DNA of 64,000 nt, taken from contig SHMW01000004.1 of NCBI GenBank assembly GCA_008080735.1, positions 51,169-115,168 of the forward strand, written 5' to 3'. The stretch is from Promethearchaeota archaeon (lineage in GTDB: Archaea > Asgardarchaeota > Lokiarchaeia > Sigyniarchaeales > SOKP01). This document shows positions 29,446 through 39,184 of this stretch, in pieces (within the stretch, counting starts at the first letter, position 1; every line of letters starts with the position of its first letter). The notes below the pieces were generated by a model, which worked only from the letters and a program-made list of their open reading frames with translations, was not told the DNA's origin and searched no databases. Position numbers and translations under genes: made by a program.

Positions 29446-30540
29446 CTAAAATGCTATTTTTCTCTGAATTAGCCATTCTTTTAGTTTAGAAGTGATAATA
29501 ATTGGAACTCTTTTCAAATCGTCTATATTTTTGCACCCTGTTAATAGCATCGTGATTTCCAATTCTTTGAAAGTTTTTTCTATAAATTGTTCAATTTCAC
29601 TCTGTCCTTGTAGTGCGACCATAAGAAAAGGTCTTGCTAAAGCAGTAAAATGAGCGCCGATTCTTAATGCTTTTGCAACATCAATTCCGTCTCTAATGCC
29701 CCCACTTCCGATTATTTCCATCCTTGGATTATTCTTTGCTACCGAACTTACCTCAAATATGCTCGCGGCGGTAGGAATTCCCCAATCCCAAAATAATTTC
29801 CCTAATTCTTGTTTTAACTTCATATTCTCTTTTTTTGCTCGATAATATTCCACAGCAACCCAACTGGTACCTCCTATACCCGATACATCGATAATATTTA
29901 TTCCGATTTCACCCAACTGGGATGCGATTTCTTTTGAAATTCCGCAACCCGTCTCTTTAATTACTATGGGAATGTCTATCTGCTCTTTTAAAAGCTTCAA
30001 TTTTTCAAGCACTCCAGAAAAAGTTTTATCTCCCTCGGGTTGTATTAGTTCCTGAATAACATTGAGGTGTATCGCTAAAGCGTCTGCATTAATATTTTCA
30101 ACAATTTCATTTACATAATCAAAACTTTCGGAACTAGCTATTTGTGCTATTCCTAAATTTCCAATTATGGGAATATCAGGTGCTGATTCTCTAACCGCAG
30201 AAAAGGTATCCTTAGTTTCTGGATGTCGAAGTATTACTCTTTGACTTCCCACCATCATTGGAATCTGATACTTTTGTGCAGCTTTAGCTAGTGATACATT
30301 TAACTTTTTGGTAAGTTCCGTTCCACCGGTCATCGCTCCTATGAACACCGGAGCTGAAATTTGTTTACCTAAAAACTCACACGCTAAATCTATATCATCT
30401 AAACTTAATTCTGGTATTGGTTTGTGCACAAATCTGATATGTTCAAACCAAGTCGTTTCATGACTTTCTACATCTTCGGTGCTTACGAGATAAATATGTT
30501 CGTCTTTTCTGTTTTTAATTGGGATTTTCGATATGTCCAT
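29446..30540 (-). CDS. fni: Type 2 isopentenyl-diphosphate delta-isomerase
   Basis: RKDEH, AMTGG, VGSQR, HLNVIQE, KETGCG, GGTSW, WGIPT, SGGIRDG. Confidence 0.95.
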   Translation of the reverse strand: MDISKIPIKNRKDEHIYLVSTEDVESHETTWFEHIRFVHKPIPELSLDDIDLACEFLGKQISAPVFIGAMTGGTELTKKLNVSLAKAAQKYQIPMMVGSQRVILRHPETKDTFSAVRESAPDIPIIGNLGIAQIASSESFDYVNEIVENINADALAIHLNVIQELIQPEGDKTFSGVLEKLKLLKEQIDIPIVIKETGCGISKEIASQLGEIGINIIDVSGIGGTSWVAVEYYRAKKENMKLKQELGKLFWDWGIPTAASIFEVSSVAKNNPRMEIIGSGGIRDGIDVAKALRIGAHFTALARPFLMVALQGQSEIEQFIEKTFKELEITMLLTGCKNIDDLKRVPIIITSKLKEWLIQRKIAF

Positions 30541-31043
30541 AAGTACACCTAGTCTGTCACAATTAAATAATTAAAGCATATTTTAAGAAATCTTAAACAT
30601 TTGATCTTTTTTAAGAATTTTCTTTATGAAATATGAAAAAATGAATATTTTGTTTTTAATCTCATTAATCACAGCATCATATTAAATATCGTACCTAAAA
30701 TGTCTCAGCAACACGATAATTGATATTAAATTTATTTGACATTATAGTAAAGAAATTACTTTTCTGAATCAAATTATTTGCTTAAGCTTAAATAGAACTT
30801 ATATTATCTATAAAATATAAAAATTGGACCACGACCATTGATTTTAAGTTTCTAAGACTGAAAATATTTCCAGATGATTATATTAGGATTTAAATATACA
30901 AGATAATCTTTCGCAAATCTATCAGTTTGACAAGATAATCAAAAATCCTTTATTTTCTTCAAGGTTAATATTTTATGTTTTGGAGACTCTTGGAAGTGAC
31001 TTATTTTAATATTTATAAGAAAAATAACAGAGGTTAAAAAAGA

Positions 31044-31742
31044 ATGAGAAGTTACAAAAAATACATAGCTGAGCTAATTGGTACATTTGCATTAGTCTTT
31101 ATCGGATGCGGTACTGCTGTTATAGCGGGAGATGATGTGGGTTTTCTTGGGATATCTTTTGCGTTCGGTCTTACATTATTGGGTATGGTTTACGCTATTG
31201 GACATATATCAGGATGTCATATTAATCCTGCGGTCTCCGTTTCAATGAGAATAAATGGCAAAATTAATACAAAGGATATGTTCATGTACATTGCGTTTCA
31301 ATGCATTGGAGCAATAATTGCAAGTACCTTATTATTTCTAGTTGCGGCAGGTCAACCTGGATATTCAGTTTTATCAGATGGCTTAGGTCAAAACGGATAT
31401 GATGCAGCTTCGCCAGGAAACTATAGTCTTGTTTCAGCTCTCATTGCAGAGATACTCATGACTATGGTTTTTCTTCTAGTGATTCTCGGCTCTACCAGCA
31501 AAAATGCACCAAAAGGCTTAGCGGGTATTGCAATTGGGTTGACACTGGTACTTATCCACATTTTTGGCATACCCATAACTGGGGTCTCGGTAAATCCTGC
31601 AAGGAGTCTAGGCCCAGCTATTTTAGTCGCTATTTTTGGAAATATGACAGCAATAATTCAGTTATGGATGTTTTGGGTAGGACCTATGATCGGTGCTACT
31701 TTAGCAGCTCTGATGTGGATTTTTATATTTAAAGAAGATTAA
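31044..31742 (+). CDS. aqpZ: Aquaporin Z
   Basis: AELIGTF, ISGCHINPAV, SVNPARS. Confidence 0.93.
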   Translation: MRSYKKYIAELIGTFALVFIGCGTAVIAGDDVGFLGISFAFGLTLLGMVYAIGHISGCHINPAVSVSMRINGKINTKDMFMYIAFQCIGAIIASTLLFLVAAGQPGYSVLSDGLGQNGYDAASPGNYSLVSALIAEILMTMVFLLVILGSTSKNAPKGLAGIAIGLTLVLIHIFGIPITGVSVNPARSLGPAILVAIFGNMTAIIQLWMFWVGPMIGATLAALMWIFIFKED

Positions 31743-31894
31743 TCCTAAATACAAAATCAAAAAATTCGGACTTTCCATCTATTTTTTTTTATATCTTTTT
31801 AATTGAACCTCTATTTGTAAGCAACATTAGTTTTAAATTTAAATCTTTCTTTTTTGCTAATTATCTGAAAAAATTGGTATTGAAGAAACTCAAC

Positions 31895-33403
31895 ATGGAA
31901 AATATTAACAAAAGATTATTAACTGTAATATCTGAAAAATACTTGAGCGATAACATTTATGTAAGACATGCTTATTCAAGAGTGGTCGATTCAATTCAGC
32001 AAGGTGTTCCAGATATCGTAATTCGACCCGGAGATACTGAAGAAATCTCTGAAATTGTAAAAATTGCTAATGAAGAAGATATTCCGATTACCATTAGAGG
32101 AGGGGGTTGCTGTGAATTTGGCGGTAGTAAACCAATAGGAGATGGAGGTATACTCTTGGATATGAAGCGAATGAACAACATTATCGACATTGATGAAGAG
32201 AATCTTATCGCCACCGTTGAGGCAGGAACATCATGGGCTGAGTTAAATAATGCTCTCTCTAGTAATGGACTTTATACGGGATGTTTAGGACCAGGAAGCG
32301 GATTGACGGCTTCAGTGGGAGGCGGTATCAGTCATCATTCTGTCGGAGGTGGCGGCGGTGCCAAATATGGACCATGTACAAAACATGTAGTTTCTCTTGA
32401 AGTGGTGTTGCCCACAGGTGAGATTATAAATACAGGTTCACAGGCAAATAAATTTTCTACGGCTCCATTCAATCGATTTGGAAATGGACCTGATTTAGCA
32501 GCTCTTTTTATGGGGGATAATGGAATTATGGGGATTAAGACAAAAATCGCTCTCAAAATTTATCCAAAACCCAAGTTTGTAGAGTATAAAACATTCGTAC
32601 TCCCAAGAAAATCTATGGAGATCTCTGCCAAGATCTTCAATGAAATTCGCCATAAAGGAATTGATGTATATGATGCGATGTACTTCATGGATCTTTTAGT
32701 AAATGTGGGAGTACAACAAGGAATATTTCCACTATGGGAAGATTTAAAGAAAAAAAGAGGGATTATGTTTTATACCGTAGAAGCGAATTCCGATATTGAG
32801 TTAGAGGAAAAAGTGAAACAATTAGATGAAATCTTTCTGGACTATAAAGGGCAAGAATTGGGCCCCGAAATTTCAGATGGGAATATTGGAAAATGGCATT
32901 ACGAAGAGCAAGGACATTGGCTTATCGCTCATAATCTTTGGGGTTTAATTCCTGGTTTTATGCCCTTAGATGCAGAATGTAAAACTTCTATCACTAGCTA
33001 TCCGAAAATTTTGAAAGATTTAGAACTTTGGGATATGGAAAATTCAGATGATATGATTAAGATTTTGGAAATTACTGGAATGAGACCAATATCCGGGGCA
33101 GGGCCCATCATATTAATTGAAGATAATACTGTAGAATTAACTGCGGGGTTTACAAGTTTTGAAAGTTATCATAAGGAAAAAGTATATGAAGAAATAGCAG
33201 ATATTAATATTAAATTATGGAAATCGATGTTAGAGCGAATGACGAAGCATGGAGTCTCATGGTATATGATGGGAGATATTTTAAGCAGATTATTAGTTGA
33301 TATTGGTGCATTTGACAAAACCTATTTTGAATTTTTAAAAAATATCAAGAATACGCTAGATCCAAAGCACATAATCAGCAGAGGGAAGTTTAATTTCTAT
33401 TAG
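31895..33403 (+). CDS. FAD-binding oxidoreductase (GlcD/D-lactate dehydrogenase-like), paralog 1
   Basis: PDIVIRP, RGGG, VEAG, LEVVLPTG, GIMGI, IKNTLDP. ATG 31895 preferred over TTG 31874. Confidence 0.88.
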   Translation: MENINKRLLTVISEKYLSDNIYVRHAYSRVVDSIQQGVPDIVIRPGDTEEISEIVKIANEEDIPITIRGGGCCEFGGSKPIGDGGILLDMKRMNNIIDIDEENLIATVEAGTSWAELNNALSSNGLYTGCLGPGSGLTASVGGGISHHSVGGGGGAKYGPCTKHVVSLEVVLPTGEIINTGSQANKFSTAPFNRFGNGPDLAALFMGDNGIMGIKTKIALKIYPKPKFVEYKTFVLPRKSMEISAKIFNEIRHKGIDVYDAMYFMDLLVNVGVQQGIFPLWEDLKKKRGIMFYTVEANSDIELEEKVKQLDEIFLDYKGQELGPEISDGNIGKWHYEEQGHWLIAHNLWGLIPGFMPLDAECKTSITSYPKILKDLELWDMENSDDMIKILEITGMRPISGAGPIILIEDNTVELTAGFTSFESYHKEKVYEEIADINIKLWKSMLERMTKHGVSWYMMGDILSRLLVDIGAFDKTYFEFLKNIKNTLDPKHIISRGKFNFY

Positions 33404-33453
33404 ATCCTATTTTTTGGATTAACTATGCCTAATTTTGCATAAAACATTTAGAA

Positions 33454-33693
33454 ATGCTGGATCTATCGAATAATCGATTGAGATCGATAAACGGCTTGCA
33501 CAAGCTACAAAAAATAACTCACCTCTATTTGAGAAACAATAAATTAAAAGATTTGGAAAGTATTAGAGATATAAAAAAAATGGATCAATTAGAGCACTTG
33601 GATATTCGAGGAAACAATATAGCAGATGATATTAACAAGAAAGACTTTCCTAATTTGAACTTAATTCTTAAAAATTATTTGGCTTTTATGTAA
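33454..33693 (+). pseudogene. C-terminal fragment of a leucine-rich repeat protein
   Basis: LDLSNNRL, LYLRNNKL, LDIRGNNI. The frame starts mid-repeat with a stop 8 codons upstream. Confidence 0.65.
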
Positions 33694-33735
33694 TTGATAT
33701 CATTTGATATAATATTTTTAAGGAAGTGGTGGATT

Positions 33736-34170
33736 TTGGATTTTGAGCGTATTAAAAAGAAATTTCCTCTGGATATGTATTTCAAAAATGCAAAAAAATT
33801 AGGTAGAGAGGTATTAGATACTTACTTTAGTAAAGTTCCCTATTCAAAGGAAGAACGAGAAAAAGAAATCCGATTTTTTTATGAAAATTTAGAGTTTATA
33901 ACAAAAAAATGGGTTCTTGAGATTCTCTGGGAATTGGAAACTTACAAAGGTTCGAATTTTAATGAATTAAAACGAGCTCTAAAGGGAATATCTTCACGAT
34001 CCCTCTCAGATCGTCTTAAAGATCTGGAAGAGCACAACATAGTTTCTCGTATTGTAGAAGATACACGTCCCCCTAGCGTATTATACAGATTAAGTGAAAA
34101 AGGCAAGGGTTTTGTAGAATTAATGACCTTAGTTATTCTATTTCTAAAAAAAAATAAAGAAAATACTTAA
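33736..34170 (+). CDS. HxlR family winged-helix regulator
   Basis: KKWVLEIL, FNELKRALKGISSRSLSDRLKDLE, PPSVLYRLSEKG. TTG 33736 after GTGGTGG preferred over 33694. Confidence 0.9.
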   Translation: MDFERIKKKFPLDMYFKNAKKLGREVLDTYFSKVPYSKEEREKEIRFFYENLEFITKKWVLEILWELETYKGSNFNELKRALKGISSRSLSDRLKDLEEHNIVSRIVEDTRPPSVLYRLSEKGKGFVELMTLVILFLKKNKENT

Positions 34171-34184
34171 TCTTAATAATTATT

Positions 34185-34916
34185 TTAATCCTTGAAAAAA
34201 AATCTCTTTGCAAAATTAGGCATAGTTAATCCAATATAGAACTCAATTGAACTTAGGATTAAAATTGATCTTGCAATGATGTTTGATTCGGGAGTAGTGA
34301 ATAGAATTTCAACAATATTTCCAACTACAAAGGTGATAAACGCCAGTAACAAAAACTGACCACGGAGCTTAACTTCCTTATCCATGGAACGTAAAAGCTC
34401 ACGCGCAAATAGAAATCCCGTTATAAGAACGATGCTTAAACTAGAGATTAAAACAATATCGCTCAAAGGAGACCAAACAACTTGGTAAGGATAATCACCA
34501 ATTTTTCCAATCATATTAATCTCAATAAAAATGAATGAAACTATTAGTATTTCCATAATTATTGCGAATATTCCATAAACCAGTAGTATAATCTTTTTTG
34601 TCCTGTTCTTAAGATGTAATAAATTAGTTAAAGCTGTGAGCCATAGCAGGACAACAATGGGAATTATTATGATATTAAATAGGGCATAGAGCACGATTAG
34701 TGAAAAATCCGAAATTTCTGGAGAAAAAAAACTAAAGAAAAATTGAAGAATATCGGGAATCAGGGGAAAAGCGATTCCTAACCAAGCAATTCCAACATAT
34801 AGATAATTTATATTTTTTCTGTTTCTATAGGTCGATGCGATTTTAATACCTAAAATAAAATTAATGAGAACAAATAATATCGTTATTATACCAGTTGTTA
34901 TTTGAAATATCTCCAT
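34185..34916 (-). CDS. Stand-alone 7TM membrane protein
   Basis: About 7 hydrophobic helices; shares SxDxxVxL(R/K)GxFLL with 36295-37032. Confidence 0.8.
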   Translation of the reverse strand: MEIFQITTGIITILFVLINFILGIKIASTYRNRKNINYLYVGIAWLGIAFPLIPDILQFFFSFFSPEISDFSLIVLYALFNIIIIPIVVLLWLTALTNLLHLKNRTKKIILLVYGIFAIIMEILIVSFIFIEINMIGKIGDYPYQVVWSPLSDIVLISSLSIVLITGFLFARELLRSMDKEVKLRGQFLLLAFITFVVGNIVEILFTTPESNIIARSILILSSIEFYIGLTMPNFAKRFFFKD

Positions 34917-35050
34917 AATAATGTCCTATTTTTCTAATTGTTAATTTAGAAATAGTTATAACTACATATATTTTTTATCTAAAAAGATCAGATCTCATAA
35001 TTTACCACTTGAATAAAAGGATATAACTGTTTAAATTTAGATATTTTTAA

Positions 35051-35096
35051 ACGCTTTCATCCATGCCCTAAAGGACACATGGGTTTCTGCGTGAAA
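35051..35096. mobile_element. Isolated IS200/IS605-end-like hairpin (PATE-like remnant)
   Basis: TTTCATCCATGCCCTAAAGGACACATGGGTTTC is a GC-richer CTAAAG-loop hairpin in AT-rich intergenic DNA. Confidence 0.45.
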
Positions 35097-35172
35097 AATG
35101 ATTAAAAGAACCAAATATTGAAATTTTTAATAGTTACTTCATTGTTTTACTAAAAAATGATTTTTACTAATA

Positions 35173-36138
35173 ATGATGAATAAAAGAAATATTTTGATCA
35201 CAGGAGGAGCGGGCTTTATAGGGTCACATCTCGCAGAAAAACTCTTGAGAACTAATAATTATGTCCTAATTATTGATAATTTCAGAGAACATAGGGAAGA
35301 AAAAAGACATCAATTACAACATATTTTGGAAAATTATCAAGAAGGAATTGATTTCAATATTATTGAAGGAAGTCTTCTTAATCCAGAAATCTTTGAAAAA
35401 ATTGAGAAAAATATTGATATAATTTTTCATTTAGCCGCGATAGCGGGAGTTCGATATTCACTATTAAATCCAACAGTAATAACAGAAAATAATATATGTA
35501 GCACGGTCAATATTTTTGAATATTCTCGTAGATGTGGTAAAAAAAAAGTGGTTTTTGCATCTTCTTCCTCTGTGTATGGAAATCCCATTTATACGCCTGT
35601 TGATGAAGATCATCCAAAAACTCCGATATCTCCATATGCGGTATCAAAATTAGCTTGTGAATCTTATTGCGATTATTATTTTCGGGAATATTCGATACCT
35701 TCCACTTGGCTTAGATTCTATACCGTCTACGGCCCATGGGGTCGAAAGGATATGGCTATTAGAAAATTTATCGAACGTGTTCTTAATGGGGAAGAAATCG
35801 TAATTTATGGTGATGGAGAACAACTAAGGGATTTTACATATATCTCAGACATTGTGGATGGATTAATCTTAGCTGCTGAGAATGAAGACGCCGATGGAGA
35901 AGCTTTTAATTTAGGGTGCGGCAATCCCATATCAGTAAACGAATTAGTAAATAAGATTTATAGCATTGCTGATAGACCCAAAAACGTTAAATATATTGAT
36001 GCGAAAAAGGGGGATGTGAGAGTTACTCATTCAGATATTACAAAAGCCCAAAAAAAATTAGGATTTTCTCCCAAGGTAAATATCTATCAAGGAATCAAGA
36101 ATACTTTCGAATGGGAAAAAGAATATCTGAGTATGTGA
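35173..36138 (+). CDS. NAD-dependent nucleotide-sugar epimerase/dehydratase
   Basis: TGGAGFIG, ASSSSVYG, YAVSK, RDFTY. Confidence 0.93.
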   Translation: MMNKRNILITGGAGFIGSHLAEKLLRTNNYVLIIDNFREHREEKRHQLQHILENYQEGIDFNIIEGSLLNPEIFEKIEKNIDIIFHLAAIAGVRYSLLNPTVITENNICSTVNIFEYSRRCGKKKVVFASSSSVYGNPIYTPVDEDHPKTPISPYAVSKLACESYCDYYFREYSIPSTWLRFYTVYGPWGRKDMAIRKFIERVLNGEEIVIYGDGEQLRDFTYISDIVDGLILAAENEDADGEAFNLGCGNPISVNELVNKIYSIADRPKNVKYIDAKKGDVRVTHSDITKAQKKLGFSPKVNIYQGIKNTFEWEKEYLSM

Positions 36139-36294
36139 GAAATAAGCTGAAAACATTATTAGAAATACTCTTTGTTTAATAGATCGTATCACATTCTTCT
36201 TAATTTAATAAATATCATTGTTAGCTTTAAATATAACATTTACTTAATAACTCTCGATCGATAATTCGATTATTCTTAAATGGGTGATTAGTAA

Positions 36295-37032
36295 ATGGCA
36301 AGTGTAACTATTTCGGATCTCGAAGTGAAAGATTTTTTCCACGGAATATCGGCGATAATTATTATTATTGTTTCTGTGATTATCGGTATAAGGATTTTGT
36401 ATACATACTATAAATACAAGGATAAAATAAATATCACTGTCGGGTTAACCTACTTTTTTCTGTTATCTCCATATTGGGGTGGCGCAATTTCGTTTATCGG
36501 TGTTTTGATAGCAAATTATGCATTAGATATTCCCGTATACCTATTTCTCTCAAGCGCATTTTTACCCATTGCTTTGGTTAGTTGGATATATTCAGTTGCG
36601 ACTTTGATTTATAAGAAATATAAAAAAATGATGGTTATAATTTACATCGCAATCTCGATTATTTTTGAAATTCTACTCATTGTATTTTTATTGACAGATT
36701 ATACCATTATAGGAGAGAAAACTACAGAAATCAATATAATTAGCAACGATTTCCTCCTAATATTCCAAATCATTACAATCGTTTCGATGGAGGCCACTGG
36801 AATTCATTTTAGTATCATTTCGATAAAATCAGCCGATCCAAAAGTTAATCTAAAAGGAAAATTCTTATTAGCAGCATGGTTATTGATTCTTGTTTCTGTT
36901 CTCTTAGATGCGGTATTAACCACAGACGCTTTATTAATGTTAGTAATTAGGATATTGCTGGTTTCTGGAGTTGTCTTTTATTACTTGGGTTTTTTTTTAC
37001 CCGAAGCAGTATCAGAGAGAATTTTAAAATAG
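36295..37032 (+). CDS. Stand-alone 7TM membrane protein
   Basis: About 7 TM helices; paralog of 34185-34916; GGTGA upstream of the ATG. Confidence 0.8.
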   Translation: MASVTISDLEVKDFFHGISAIIIIIVSVIIGIRILYTYYKYKDKINITVGLTYFFLLSPYWGGAISFIGVLIANYALDIPVYLFLSSAFLPIALVSWIYSVATLIYKKYKKMMVIIYIAISIIFEILLIVFLLTDYTIIGEKTTEINIISNDFLLIFQIITIVSMEATGIHFSIISIKSADPKVNLKGKFLLAAWLLILVSVLLDAVLTTDALLMLVIRILLVSGVVFYYLGFFLPEAVSERILK

Positions 37033-37128
37033 GAACCACCCCAATTCTTTTTTTTGACTATTCTGGATTTTATATGATTTCTGACGAGGATTGCTCTCAC
37101 ATGAATTTATTATAAATTTGCAAAAATT

Positions 37129-37152
37129 GGTAGTGTAGATATTTAAACTACC
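37129..37152. promoter_or_regulatory. Imperfect 24-bp palindrome upstream of the FAD oxidoreductase operon
   Basis: GGTAGTGTAGAT-ATTTAAACTACC (10 of 12 positions symmetric). Confidence 0.35.
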
Positions 37153-37250
37153 TTTTTTTCAGTTTACTGAGCAATTTATAAATATAATTCGATCTATTAA
37201 TTGTATAGTAGGAAATTAGTTAAAAACTAATAAATCAAACACTATCGAAA

Positions 37251-38768
37251 ATGTCGGAATTATATCAAAAACTAGAAAATATCGTATCTGATCAATTCAT
37301 TTCCGATAATGAATATATTCGCCATTCATATTCGCGAAATGTAGATCCATTACTACAAGGAGTACCCGATATCATTATACGTCCTAAAGATGCCAAGGAG
37401 ATTTCGGAGATTTTAAAAGTTGCGAATCAGGAAAAAATTCCCGTTTATCCGCGAGGAGGAGGGGATTGTGAATTTGGCGGCAGCAAACCCATAGGTAATA
37501 ACGGAATTCTATTAGATATGAAGCGAATGAATAAAATTATCAACTTAGATACAAAAAACCTTATAGTCACTGTTGAGGCGGGAACATCTTGGGGTAAGCT
37601 GAATGAATATCTTTCTGATTTTGACTTATATACGGGTTGTATGGGACCTGGAAGTGGAATGACTGCTTCAATAGGAGGAGGGATTTCCCATCATAGCGTT
37701 GGCGGGGGGGGATGTGCGAAATATGGTGCATGCACGAATCAACTGGTTTCATTAGAAGTGGTTCTTCCCACAGGAGAGATCATTGAAACTGGCTCGCAAG
37801 CAAATAAATATTCAGAATATCCATTCAATAGGTTTGGAAACGGACCTGATCTCGCTGGACTATTTTGTGGAGATAATGGAATTATGGGAGTAAAGACGAG
37901 AGTCTCTTTACAAGTGTTTCCACGACCCACATTCGCGAATTACAAAACCTTTCTATTGGAGAGGAAATCGGCTGAAATTAGTTCTGAAATCTTTTCTGAG
38001 ATAAGAAAAATGGGAATAGAGGTATATGATGCGATGTATATTATGGATTTGGTTGTAAATGTTGGTTGCCAACAAGGACTTTTTCCCATGTGGGACGATC
38101 TCAAGCGAAAAAAGGGGATTTTCTTTTATACTATTGAGGCGAATTCAGAAGAGGAATTAGAAGCGAAAACTAACCAATTAGATCAGATTATTCTCAATAA
38201 AAGGAAAGTCCAAGAATTGGGCCCTGAAATTTCGGAGGGAAATATCGCAAAATGGCATTATGAAGAGCAAGGACACTGGCAGATGTATCACAATTTATGG
38301 GGGATGTTTCCCGCATTAGAACCCTTAACCGCAGAATGTTTTACTCCGATTAGTACCTATCCTAGGATTTTGACAGATCTTGACCAATGGGATATAGAAC
38401 ATAACGATGATATCCAAAAAATTACAGAAATTACCGGTCAAAGACCCATAACAGGAAGTGGACCTATACTGCTAATTGATGGATGTAATGTAGAACTTAC
38501 TTGCGGTTTTACCAGTTTTTCTGCTTATCACAATGGTAAATATCATGACCTAATTGATGAGATCAATGAAAAGCTTTGGAAATCCGTTCTTGAGCGCGTC
38601 ACCCGACACGGAGTACAATGGTATATGATGGGCGATATGATGTCCCGAATGATGGTCGAGATAGGAGCCTATCCAGAAGCTTTTTATAATTTAATGAAAT
38701 CTGTCAAACAAACACTAGATCCAAACTTAATCCTAAGTAGGGGTAAATTCAAATTTGGAAATGACTAA
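37251..38768 (+). CDS. FAD-binding oxidoreductase (GlcD-like), paralog 2
   Basis: Same motifs as, and long identical blocks with, 31895-33403. Confidence 0.88.
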   Translation: MSELYQKLENIVSDQFISDNEYIRHSYSRNVDPLLQGVPDIIIRPKDAKEISEILKVANQEKIPVYPRGGGDCEFGGSKPIGNNGILLDMKRMNKIINLDTKNLIVTVEAGTSWGKLNEYLSDFDLYTGCMGPGSGMTASIGGGISHHSVGGGGCAKYGACTNQLVSLEVVLPTGEIIETGSQANKYSEYPFNRFGNGPDLAGLFCGDNGIMGVKTRVSLQVFPRPTFANYKTFLLERKSAEISSEIFSEIRKMGIEVYDAMYIMDLVVNVGCQQGLFPMWDDLKRKKGIFFYTIEANSEEELEAKTNQLDQIILNKRKVQELGPEISEGNIAKWHYEEQGHWQMYHNLWGMFPALEPLTAECFTPISTYPRILTDLDQWDIEHNDDIQKITEITGQRPITGSGPILLIDGCNVELTCGFTSFSAYHNGKYHDLIDEINEKLWKSVLERVTRHGVQWYMMGDMMSRMMVEIGAYPEAFYNLMKSVKQTLDPNLILSRGKFKFGND

Positions 38769-38837
38769 TCTATGAAAATGCAAATCATTTTGAAGAAATT
38801 CTCATAAGTCTTGATTATTATAAAGAGATGAACTAAC

Positions 38838-39146
38838 ATGTATGAAGATACAAAAAGAAAGCTTGAAGAAAACGAAGGAAACACAATAAGTATTGTTGGA
38901 ATAATTTCAAGTATTATTTGGCAGCATATGCTAATCCATGATGATAGGCACCCCGAAATAAACTATATTGATCTTGAAAATGGATTCCAACTGGTCGTGT
39001 ATACAGATAAGGAAATAAACTGTGAAGATGAAATAGAAATTATTGGAAAGGTAATTAAGGTGAAGGGAAGTAAAAATCCCAGATCAAAATTATCTGATGA
39101 ATATTGTGAATTTCAGCTTATTGCAGATTCATGGAAATGTATTTAG
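38838..39146 (+). CDS. Small hypothetical protein, OB-fold-like
   Basis: Beta-rich pattern EGNTISIVG...EIEIIGKV...QLIADSW. Confidence 0.6.
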   Translation: MYEDTKRKLEENEGNTISIVGIISSIIWQHMLIHDDRHPEINYIDLENGFQLVVYTDKEINCEDEIEIIGKVIKVKGSKNPRSKLSDEYCEFQLIADSWKCI

Positions 39147-39184
39147 AATTATGGAAAATAAAAAAATTATGTTGAAAAATTAAA

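Larger units (their letters stand above)
33414..34234. repeat. 26-bp perfect inverted repeat pair (33414-33439 and 34209-34234)
   Basis: TTGGATTAACTATGCCTAATTTTGCA and its exact reverse complement. Confidence 0.9.
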
